Of a DNA stretch of 64,000 bases, positions 56,401-64,000 are shown one piece after another; within the stretch, counting starts at the first letter, position 1; every line of letters begins with the position of its first letter. A program made the translations under genes and the position numbers. Source of the DNA: a virus; the IMG/VR virus record IMGVR_UViG_3300021964_007043; one strand, written 5' to 3'. The notes under the pieces are model-generated. The model had not been told where the DNA came from. It saw only the letters and a list, made by a program, of their open reading frames with translations, and ran no database searches.

Positions 56401-56850
56401 ATTAGACGTAGAGGACAAGATGATCCACCTACAGATAATAACAGAGGTCCTGTACAAGAAAATCCAGAAACAGATATTACAGGTGCACAAGGTTCGGGAG
56501 AATCAGTAACAGGTAATACCACTCCAAATGCAGGAGTAGGAAGCGGCACAGCACCAACTACACCAAATCCACATGCTACTGGAGGAACAACTGTAAATAC
56601 TGCACCAACAACAGCAACTAGCCCTGAAGGTGTAAGATATGCTAGTATGGATCAAGCATTAAGTTCAGCAAGAGCTTATCAACAAGCTAATCCGGGTTAC
56701 ACATATGCAGTAAGTCAAGGTTCGAACGGAGGATGGACAATAGGTCCTAGACCTGCTGCACAGCAACCGAGTACTGTTACTGCACCTGATTTATCAAATC
56801 AAGTTGGTAGCGTTCCGCAAGCAACACAACCAACTAGCCCAGCGTGTTAA
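53440..56850 (+). CDS. Large baseplate hub-like protein, 1136 aa
   Basis: Sits between the wedge protein and the gp5-like spike; conserved-looking core (IFGDPFF, GLFSVWAVTNKFSGGKFTQTL) with long low-complexity termini. Confidence 0.6.
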   Translation: MAFRFNNPLRQVANTQTAINRGLGQFGQVSQGLAQFNDIQKNIGRISSSIGQITGNTGSLQGTISNISSAGDLVNTLSGNSSIQNTFRSVSALTRDAQSLMPGNSRVVGQAATLSKKAEDFFANTQRNAQGIRGITGGISDVLNGTLDVGNLSGRSLGPLTGGLNLNQLTNGLPGITGASGLTRNIASGLQSSVSSLGSGQSISSSVSRAVDNIVSSAPELQSIKNNPISVVPRSVAELTSAIGERYDGLRELYNEALQQSEFADYATRLSAPIPQASLGQFEDLPQQAWAGVRTGAGTSFSKIANPLRNYSSFNYIITLGILSAEEYNNPDVYRNGGGFRNYIIKGGGGNYNKRYRVDSEFNNDNPGHAEYFIDNLEMDAVIAPNQNTNVSLGTSLTFSVQEPYSMGNFIEAIIGASAESGFSNYLDAPFCIRIDFVGWDEYGNRPQERVMNPIFIPIKFTKMDFNVDGKGSIYEVKAIPMSETGLGDDINEIKTPINANGDVVSTVLETGARSVTNIMNARISALEESGTIAPYDRYVVIFPKSRQELKDYLARDVISEDALRIDIDERISDAIGGNPELAGSPPPALARAEQTLRRRYEDTNNNIVSATISSVGRAYAKLKTFAEDVNAMNEIGTSVLVEDVAEGGNQAHGSQAGTYDDAILRTTRNSPELAPAERSRDYQFAQGMKITEVVERLVVSSKYCRDRATEPAENGIRQWFKIDTYTFIEENPATEAQLGRPPRVYVYSIIPYEADEAKFNAPNERPANTEQLKAASAKEYNYIYTGKNEDILNFDISFNNAFMQTAFANFGQNAGGVAGGTSTSSVARDVSSGSSLSQNSGTGGVSSGGQVAEVTNPQSGGFGDMTGSGDIKRRIAETFHDRIINQTIDMVTAEMEIFGDPFFMPQEMGNFVARNGDSPNATQEGTMRYQENEVFCVVNFKTPFDYQVEGATMEFPKVVPQFSGLFSVWAVTNKFSGGKFTQTLKMIRRRGQDDPPTDNNRGPVQENPETDITGAQGSGESVTGNTTPNAGVGSGTAPTTPNPHATGGTTVNTAPTTATSPEGVRYASMDQALSSARAYQQANPGYTYAVSQGSNGGWTIGPRPAAQQPSTVTAPDLSNQVGSVPQATQPTSPAC

Positions 56851-56859
56851 GGAAGAAAA

Positions 56860-57939
56860 ATGTCAAGAAATTTACCTTTAGATGCAAATGATGAAGATTT
56901 AATCCAAAGAGGACTTAGACGTCCAAGTTTAGACGATGTTTTATTACCAGTACAAAATACTTTTACAGCGGTAAGAGCACAATATGATAATGCTGCTGCT
57001 GGTTTAGTGAGTGTGGATAATATTTGGCCTATTAGACATGCTGAAGAACTTGCTAATCTCGATGCTGCGCAAAGAAGAGAATATCTAGAACAAAGAGGTT
57101 TAGTTCCTCCTATAGACAGTATTCCTTACGATCAAGTTTTATCTAATGTAGATGAAGTAGTATCAACTTTAGGTAATCCTACAGAAGCAATAGAAAGTTT
57201 AAACACAAGACTTGATGCAGCACTTAATCCTCCTAGAGATAGTTACGGACAGCCATTAACAGGACCAACAGTACAACCTACTCCTATAACTGCTCCTCCT
57301 CCAGGAGGATCTTATACTCCCCCGGGAACACAACCTACTACTGGAGGCACCGGTAGCGTTTATAACTATACTCCGATTGACTTATACGATGATAGATATG
57401 ATTTTAACACAGGACAAGTAGTACGTAAAGGGGTCGCTACAGGTGCAAAAGGCGGCGTAGGTCAAGAAGACAGACCTGGAAATACAGTATCTCCTCAAGG
57501 ACAAGCAGGAACTCAACAAGAACCTGTTAGTTTACCTCCTAATGTTACTCAAAATGATACAACACCAGGACAATATGATGATGCAATCTTAAGACAAGCA
57601 AGAGCTCAAGAATACAGTAGTCCTACGGTTAATAATGAAACTACAGCAAGAGTAGCTCAACAAGAAGATCAAACAGTAGACTATACAGATAATACAGAAG
57701 CAGATACAGGGAATTGGACACCACCTGCTAGAACAACAGAAACAGCACCTCCAGTACAGCGAGCTTCAAGAGCTGAAATACAAAACAGTAGAACACAGAC
57801 TAGCCAAGATATTAAAGAAGCAAGACGTAACGGAGTTGTACTATCTAGACAACGTAGACCAGACGGTACTTATTATGCAGCCCCGGCAAGCGATATTTCT
57901 AATAATAAAAACTTGCCGCAACGAATAAGAGATTTTTAA
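56860..57939 (+). CDS. Pro/Thr/Gln-rich hypothetical protein, 359 aa
   Basis: ORF with AAGGAAG RBS; mostly low complexity. Confidence 0.65.
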   Translation: MSRNLPLDANDEDLIQRGLRRPSLDDVLLPVQNTFTAVRAQYDNAAAGLVSVDNIWPIRHAEELANLDAAQRREYLEQRGLVPPIDSIPYDQVLSNVDEVVSTLGNPTEAIESLNTRLDAALNPPRDSYGQPLTGPTVQPTPITAPPPGGSYTPPGTQPTTGGTGSVYNYTPIDLYDDRYDFNTGQVVRKGVATGAKGGVGQEDRPGNTVSPQGQAGTQQEPVSLPPNVTQNDTTPGQYDDAILRQARAQEYSSPTVNNETTARVAQQEDQTVDYTDNTEADTGNWTPPARTTETAPPVQRASRAEIQNSRTQTSQDIKEARRNGVVLSRQRRPDGTYYAAPASDISNNKNLPQRIRDF

Positions 57940-57971
57940 TATATCTATAACTATTATAAACAGGATAAACA

Positions 57972-60458
57972 ATGGCAACAACAGGAAACTATACTAGATC
58001 ACCGTCCAGAGGAAATACTCTAAAAGATCCAGGCCCCTACGAAGCCATTGTGGTTAACCATCTTGATAGAAAATATATGGGTGGCTTAGAAGTAGAAATA
58101 CTTAGATATACCGGATCTGGTAGTACGCCTGAAAGAACAGGTCAGTTAGCAAACGTTCGTTACCTAATGCCTTTTTATGGTGTTACACCTAACAAAGGCC
58201 TAACAGATAATGACGGATACCAGTTTACACAAAAATCTTATGGCATGTGGATGGTACCACCGGATATCGGAACTAAGGTTCTTTGTATATTTGCTGAAGG
58301 TGATCTAAACATGGGTTACTGGATTGGATGTATTCCTGAAGATTATATGAACTTTATGGTTCCAGACGGTCGTGCAAGCACAGAGCGTACAACGGAACAA
58401 ACTCCTCCAAACTTAAAAGGAGCAAAACTACCTGTAGGTGAATACAATAAAAAAGTGGAAAAGGGAGAACTTATAGATCCTACACTTTTTAACAAACCTT
58501 TTAACAAAGATTTTACAAATGTACTAGAAACACAAGGTTTAATTTTTGACGAGGTAAGAGGAACAACTACTTCTAGTGCCAGACGAGAAGTTCCTAGTGC
58601 AGTTTTTGGCATCAACACGCCGGGAACAAAAGATAGAAGACAAGGTTCACCAAAGTTTGAAGTTGGTGCAGCACCAGAAAAAACAAATGCCCCGTACAAC
58701 CGACTAGGCGGACATAGTTTTGTTATGGATGATGGTGATGACAAGTTTATAAGAAAAACACACGCAGAAGATGGACCTCCTATCTATGTAAACAAAGAAA
58801 TAGGTGATCTCGGTGGCGACGAGACTATTCCTCAAAATGAAGTTATGCGTTTCAGAACACGCACCGGACACCAAATACTTTTACATAACTCAGAAGATTT
58901 AATTTATATTGGTAACAGCAGAGGAACAGCATGGATTGAACTTACAAGTGACGGTAAAATAGACATTCATGCAGATGATAGTATTAGTATTATGACTGAT
59001 AATGATTTAAACATTACTGCCGAAAGAGATATTAACTTTGAAGCTGGTCGTAATATTAACATGAAAGCCACAGCAAGATACAGCAAAGGTGCAGAAACTG
59101 ATGCTAGAAGTTTGGAAAGTGGTAGAATACAGTTTGAAGCACAACATAACTACAACTTAATGGTAGGCAAAGATTCTAAAATTACAGTAGGTAGAGACCA
59201 ACATAACGGCGTTGGTAGAGATAGTTATCATACAAACGGTAGATTTTATCATCTAAACAGTACTCAAGATAATAGATTTAGCACACAAGGATCGACACAT
59301 ATAAGCAGTTCTAGAGAACATAGAGAAACTGCTACATATATTCATATGAATGGTCCAGGAGCAGCACCTGCTAGCCAAGCAAAAACTGTAGATCCGTTAA
59401 GTACTACTACATTACCTTATGTTATACCTGGCGGACAAAAGCCAGTTGCTTACCAAAGTATTTTAACAAGAGCTCCGCAACACGAACCATGGCCTCATCA
59501 TGAGAATATGGATCCTTTATCTTACAAAAAACCTGAAACAGATAGAGAATCACCAGGAGGCCTTGCTACAGCAGATAGAGTTATTACTCCTGATACATTT
59601 GCTAAAAACAAAGGTAACAGAGCATGTTCAGCATATGTAGCAGGCAGCGGAGGAAATATTAGTTCTGGAAACTACGATAGTAGAGCAGGCGGCTCGGGCT
59701 CAGGTACAGGTACAGTGCCACAAGGCGACTATACAAGTAGTGTACAACTTCCTGACACTGGAGATTATAGATTAGGTACATTATCAGCTTCTTACGAGTC
59801 AGGAAGAGAAGGCCCTATTGCTATTGGGTGGGATAGTACCGGCGGCTGGAGTTATGGACAGTACCAGCTTGCTGCTAAAACAGGTGCAGTCGGCGAATAT
59901 GTAAGTTGGTGTCAGACTAATGCTACATCAGTATACGAATCATTGTCGAGAGCTGGCGGTGATGGTGCAGCAAGAGATGGAAATGAAACCTTTAAACAAA
60001 CATGGCGCACATTAATGTCAGATGCACATGCTGCTGAAACACAGCATGAATACATTGCAAACAAATACTATGGAGGAGGATTAAGAGCTATACAACGTAG
60101 AACAGGTGTTGATTTAAGTTCTCGTTCTCCTATTGTCGGTGATGTTATCTGGAGTACAAGTGTTCAACATGGCGCAGGAGGTTGTGCAAGAATATTTGAA
60201 AGAGCATTTCAAGCATTAGGTACTACAAACCCGAGCGATAGTGCTATTATTGAAGCAGTGTACAATGAAAGAGGTAGGAATAACGGACAAGCATACTTTG
60301 GTAGAAGCACTGCTGCTGTTAGATCAAGTGTAGTAAGGCGTTTCCAAAATGAAAAAGCAGATGCATTACGTTATCTAGCACAGTGGACTGAATCACAAGG
60401 CCGACCTACACTTAATAGTGGTGATACAGTAGATGGAACCACTCCAACAGTAGGTTAA
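57972..60458 (+). CDS. gp5: Central spike / baseplate hub protein (gp5/VgrG-like) with a C-terminal muramidase
   Basis: N-terminal OB-like region (GMWMVPPDIGTKVLCIF...GYWIGC), beta-helix repeats, HEPW motif, and C-terminal LSASYESG...DSTGGWSYGQYQL. Confidence 0.75.
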   Translation: MATTGNYTRSPSRGNTLKDPGPYEAIVVNHLDRKYMGGLEVEILRYTGSGSTPERTGQLANVRYLMPFYGVTPNKGLTDNDGYQFTQKSYGMWMVPPDIGTKVLCIFAEGDLNMGYWIGCIPEDYMNFMVPDGRASTERTTEQTPPNLKGAKLPVGEYNKKVEKGELIDPTLFNKPFNKDFTNVLETQGLIFDEVRGTTTSSARREVPSAVFGINTPGTKDRRQGSPKFEVGAAPEKTNAPYNRLGGHSFVMDDGDDKFIRKTHAEDGPPIYVNKEIGDLGGDETIPQNEVMRFRTRTGHQILLHNSEDLIYIGNSRGTAWIELTSDGKIDIHADDSISIMTDNDLNITAERDINFEAGRNINMKATARYSKGAETDARSLESGRIQFEAQHNYNLMVGKDSKITVGRDQHNGVGRDSYHTNGRFYHLNSTQDNRFSTQGSTHISSSREHRETATYIHMNGPGAAPASQAKTVDPLSTTTLPYVIPGGQKPVAYQSILTRAPQHEPWPHHENMDPLSYKKPETDRESPGGLATADRVITPDTFAKNKGNRACSAYVAGSGGNISSGNYDSRAGGSGSGTGTVPQGDYTSSVQLPDTGDYRLGTLSASYESGREGPIAIGWDSTGGWSYGQYQLAAKTGAVGEYVSWCQTNATSVYESLSRAGGDGAARDGNETFKQTWRTLMSDAHAAETQHEYIANKYYGGGLRAIQRRTGVDLSSRSPIVGDVIWSTSVQHGAGGCARIFERAFQALGTTNPSDSAIIEAVYNERGRNNGQAYFGRSTAAVRSSVVRRFQNEKADALRYLAQWTESQGRPTLNSGDTVDGTTPTVG

Positions 60459-60465
60459 ATACAGT

Positions 60466-60903
60466 ATGAGCGATTTAGAAAAAAACTTATATAAACGAGT
60501 AACTGTTCCTGCAAAAAGCAAAACAGCAACTTCAGGACGAGCATACAGGGGATTCAGCACAGTTGCATCTGAAACTAACGACTGGACACTGTATGATTTT
60601 GAACTTGTTAAACAAGATTTAATAAATCATTTTCATATTCGTCAAGGCGAAAAACTAAGCGATCCTCAGTTTGGATGTATTATTTGGGATCTTCTTTTTG
60701 AACCTTTTACACAAGAAACACGAACTGCTATTATTGAAAATGTTACAGAAATTATTAACTATGATCCTAGATTACAAGCTAGAGATGTAATAGTAGATAC
60801 TTATGAGAATGGCATACAAGTAGAAGCAAGCGTTACTTTTATAAACTACAATATTTCGGATACACTAAAGTTTAAGTTTGATCAAACTATTGGCCTAAGT
60901 TAA
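60466..60903 (+). CDS. gp25: Baseplate wedge subunit (gp25-like)
   Basis: LVKQDLINHFHIRQGEKLSDPQFGCIIWDLLFEP...YDPR motif. Confidence 0.9.
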   Translation: MSDLEKNLYKRVTVPAKSKTATSGRAYRGFSTVASETNDWTLYDFELVKQDLINHFHIRQGEKLSDPQFGCIIWDLLFEPFTQETRTAIIENVTEIINYDPRLQARDVIVDTYENGIQVEASVTFINYNISDTLKFKFDQTIGLS

Positions 60904-60952
60904 ACGCTCGGTTAATAGATCAGATAAATATCATAGTATAGAAGGAAATGCC

Positions 60953-63900
60953 ATGTCATCAACAGATAGACAATCTAGATTATTAGTTGCAGAGGATTGG
61001 AAACGCATTTATCAGTCATTTAGAAATGCTGATTTCCAAAGCTATGACTTTGATAACTTAAGACGCACTATGATTCAATATTTGCGTCAAAACTACCCTG
61101 AAGATTTTAATGATTATATTGAGTCAAGCGAGTTCCTTGCTTTAATAGATATGATAGCATATCTAGGACAAAACCTTTCCTTCAGAATAGATTTAAATGC
61201 AAGAGAAAACTTTTTAGAAACAGCTGAACGCAGAGAAAGCATCTTGCGTCTTGCAAGAATGTTAGCATATAATCCAAGAAGAAATCAATGTGCAAATGGT
61301 TTACTTAAAATATCAACAGTAAAAACTACTGAAAGCATTTTCGATTCAAACGGGTTAAATCTTGCAAATACAGTTATTAAATGGAATGACCAATCTAACT
61401 CAAGTTATTTTGAACAGTTTATTAAAGTTTTAAATGCAGCACTACCTGTACAAAACACTATCGGTAATCCTTTAAAAACGGCAACAATCAATGACATTGT
61501 AACACAAAAGTATCGTATAAATGCTACTAATACAAAACAAGCAATATATCCTTTTAGTAAAAGAATAGAAGGTAGTACAACTAGATTTGAAGTTGTTAGT
61601 GTTGATATACAAGATCAGTCTTTAGTTGAAGAGCCACCTCTACCAGGCAATAGTTTAGCATATGTTTTTAGAGATGACGGGCAAGGCGCAGCAAGTATTA
61701 ATACAGGATTCTTTTGCCAGTTCCGTCAAGGTAAACTAGATGAAGGGTCATTTGGTATAACTAATCCAACACCTAATCAAGCAGTTGCTATTGATGCACA
61801 AAATATTAATGATACAGATATTTGGCTTTATGGTGTAGATACTGTTGGTGTAGAAGTTGCGCCCTGGACAAAGATTGACAGCGTAGAAGGTAACAACATT
61901 ATATACAATAATCTTTTCCAAGGTATTAAAGATGTATTTGCTGTTAATACAAGAGTTGGCGATAGAATCAGTTTAATCTTTAGCGATGGAGTGTTTGGCA
62001 ATCTTCCTAGCGGAAACTTTAAGACATATTATAGAACAAGTGCAAATAGAAGCATGGTAGTTACTCCTAGTGCAATAGGTAGAATAGATATTGAAATACC
62101 TTATCAAGGAAGAAACGGAAATCTAGAAACATTGTTTTTTGGATTAGAACTTAAAACTACAGTATCTAATAGTTCTCCTAGTGAAACTAATGATGAAATA
62201 AGAACAAATGCACCTGCAACTTATTATACACAAAATAGGCTAATAACCGGCGAAGATTATAATATTGGACCGCTGGCAATAAGTCAAGATATTATTAAAA
62301 CAAAAAGTACAAATAGAATAAGTGCAGGAATAAGTAGATATCTTGATTTAAAAGACGTAAGCGGAAAATATAGCAATACTGATTTGTTCTCTACAGATGG
62401 TATTGTCTATAAAGAAGAGTTTGAAGAAAAAACAAAGTTTAGTTTTAATACACAAAGTGATATTGAAGGTATTGTTAATAATGCAGTCGAAGGTATTATT
62501 TCAGGCACTTATTTAAGAAACTATTATTTAGATAAGTTTCCAAGAAATATTGTAAGTGATCTTTCTGTTTCTTGGAACGCAGCTACAGAAGCAACTAACT
62601 TTTACACAGGTACAGTAAAAGATATCGACGATGCTATTGTCCAAGTAGGATCGTTTACAGCTAATGCTCTTAGATATCTTGAAAGCGGAGCACTTGTTAA
62701 GTTTGTTCCACCTGAAGGATATTACTTTGATAAAAATAACGATCTTGTGTTAGGAACAGCTACAACTAAAAACTCTAAAACTTACATTTGGACAAAAGTT
62801 GTTAGTGTAGTTGACGATGGTACAGCAATAGATAATAACGGTTTTGGAGCAATCACAGTAAATGACGATATTCCACAGGATGCATTATTATCAGAGATTA
62901 TTCCAAAGTTTAACCGCTCTTTAAATAACGATGTGAAGGCACAAATTATTGATCAAACTTTTAACTATAATGATTATGCACTTAGATACGATACTGAATC
63001 TAGAGAATGGAAGTTAATTCTTGGAGAAAATATAAACACTGCAAGCGATTTTGCAGTAGGTAAATCAGGCGATGACAGCGGACAAAATCTTGATGCAAGC
63101 TGGTTATTACGTTTTAAAACAGACGGACAAACATACGAAGTATTTTATAGAAATCTTCGTTTTGTATTTGAAAGTGATACTGAGATTAAGTTTTTCTTTG
63201 ACAGTTCGGATAAAGTTTATGATGTAAAAACCGGAAAAACCTATAGAGATAAAATTGATATTTTAAGTATTAATACAGTACAAGGATCAACTGATGCATA
63301 TACAAGAGATTTTACTTGGACTATCCAGGATGCATATAGAGATATAGAAGGTTATGTTGATAACAAAAAAATAGTTATTACATATTTAGATTCAGACGAT
63401 GACGGAGTAGTTGATGATCCTGAACTTTTTGACATTTTAGTTGACTATGATAACACACTTGTTGCTAATGAAGATAAAATAGTTTTCCAAGAAAGATATT
63501 ATACATCAGACGGCGTAGAAAACTACAAATATTTTCCTAATACTGATAACACTATTTTGATTGTAGAAAACGAAGCAGCAGTTGCTCCTTATAGTTCTAG
63601 AACTGAAGGACAAATATTTTATTTGCTTGAAGAAAAAGTATTTAAAAAACTTAATAAAGCAGCAAATAATTTAAGTCTTGTAGTTGAATATAAAGCATAT
63701 GAAGGAAGATCTAATCTAAAGTTCCACTATTCGCATGTTGCAGATAGCAACTATAGAATAGATCCTGCTGTAAGTAATATTATAGATACATATGTGTTAA
63801 CAAAAAGTTATGATACTCGACTTAGAACCTGGCTTAAAGAAGAGAATACAACAAAGCCATTGCCACCAAGTAACGACGAACTATATAGACAGTTTGGATC

Positions 63901-64000
63901 TAAAATCAATGCAATAAAGTCAATAAGTGACGAAGTCATTTATCATCCAACGAGGTATAAAATATTGTTTGGAACAAAAGCAAAGGAAGATTTGCAAGTT
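60953..64000 (+). CDS. gp6: Baseplate wedge subunit (gp6-like), truncated at the right edge (absent from the ORF track)
   Basis: ATG 60953: MSSTDRQSRLLVAEDWKRIY...SYDFDNLR...FNDYIESSE...ENFLETAERRESILRLARMLAYNP; the frame is still in register at the window end (ILFGTKAKEDLQV). Confidence 0.88.
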   Translation, partial: MSSTDRQSRLLVAEDWKRIYQSFRNADFQSYDFDNLRRTMIQYLRQNYPEDFNDYIESSEFLALIDMIAYLGQNLSFRIDLNARENFLETAERRESILRLARMLAYNPRRNQCANGLLKISTVKTTESIFDSNGLNLANTVIKWNDQSNSSYFEQFIKVLNAALPVQNTIGNPLKTATINDIVTQKYRINATNTKQAIYPFSKRIEGSTTRFEVVSVDIQDQSLVEEPPLPGNSLAYVFRDDGQGAASINTGFFCQFRQGKLDEGSFGITNPTPNQAVAIDAQNINDTDIWLYGVDTVGVEVAPWTKIDSVEGNNIIYNNLFQGIKDVFAVNTRVGDRISLIFSDGVFGNLPSGNFKTYYRTSANRSMVVTPSAIGRIDIEIPYQGRNGNLETLFFGLELKTTVSNSSPSETNDEIRTNAPATYYTQNRLITGEDYNIGPLAISQDIIKTKSTNRISAGISRYLDLKDVSGKYSNTDLFSTDGIVYKEEFEEKTKFSFNTQSDIEGIVNNAVEGIISGTYLRNYYLDKFPRNIVSDLSVSWNAATEATNFYTGTVKDIDDAIVQVGSFTANALRYLESGALVKFVPPEGYYFDKNNDLVLGTATTKNSKTYIWTKVVSVVDDGTAIDNNGFGAITVNDDIPQDALLSEIIPKFNRSLNNDVKAQIIDQTFNYNDYALRYDTESREWKLILGENINTASDFAVGKSGDDSGQNLDASWLLRFKTDGQTYEVFYRNLRFVFESDTEIKFFFDSSDKVYDVKTGKTYRDKIDILSINTVQGSTDAYTRDFTWTIQDAYRDIEGYVDNKKIVITYLDSDDDGVVDDPELFDILVDYDNTLVANEDKIVFQERYYTSDGVENYKYFPNTDNTILIVENEAAVAPYSSRTEGQIFYLLEEKVFKKLNKAANNLSLVVEYKAYEGRSNLKFHYSHVADSNYRIDPAVSNIIDTYVLTKSYDTRLRTWLKEENTTKPLPPSNDELYRQFGSKINAIKSISDEVIYHPTRYKILFGTKAKEDLQV

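Larger units (their letters stand above)
4976..60931. promoter_or_regulatory. Dispersed T4-like late promoters, consensus (A/T/C)TAAATA(C/T)
   Basis: Minus strand: 4976-83, 5417-24, 8856-63, 12805-12, 18013-20, 28032-39, 30569-76, 32936-43, 33393-400, 37422-29, 38503-10, 43264-72, 47370-77, 48333-40 (TATAAGTA variant), 52254-61. Plus strand: 43235-42, 52291-98, 60455-62, 60924-31. Each is upstream of a gene start in matching orientation, and a gp55 homolog is present. Confidence 0.85.

Noticed and set aside
1-64000. Stop-codon reassignment, tRNA genes, inteins
   Set aside because: Core genes are full length in the standard code and end in TAA, TAG or TGA. No cloverleaf with a GTTCRA T-loop was seen. 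Portal, gp46, gp47 and gp23 have no intein-sized inserts.

Overview
The window is a 64 kb fragment of a large, AT-rich, T4-superfamily-like myovirus genome covering the morphogenesis region; no host can be assigned from sequence alone. Minus strand 1-32.8 kb: a fibre/adhesin module with very large paralogous beta-rich proteins, small adaptor proteins and three ~10% Cys, Gly-rich paralogs. It also holds a late operon encoding a 2OG-Fe(II) oxygenase, a GT9-like glycosyltransferase and a NodU/CmcH carbamoyltransferase. Minus strand 33.4-43.2 kb: head module (gp23, gp22, gp21, acidic core protein, Maf-like transferase, gp20 portal) and a probable tape measure. 43.3-44.4 kb: a tail/baseplate chaperone pair joined by a canonical -1 slippery site. 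44.4-52.2 kb: probable internal head proteins, a GIY-YIG gene followed by a ~380-nt structured non-coding region, gp46, gp47 and the gp55 late sigma factor. Plus strand 52.3-64 kb: baseplate genes (gp5-like spike with a VgrG3-like muramidase tail, gp25, gp6). A T4-like late promoter (core TAAATA) precedes most transcription units. The least expected features are non-coding: a compact glutamine-I (glnA-type) riboswitch ahead of an unannotated 28-aa peptide, a stand-alone ~200-nt structured RNA, two structured 5' leaders, and the GIY-YIG-linked RNA with a cluster of GNA-loop DNA hairpins. No tRNA, CRISPR array, reverse transcriptase or intein was recognised. All structures were folded by eye, not computed.
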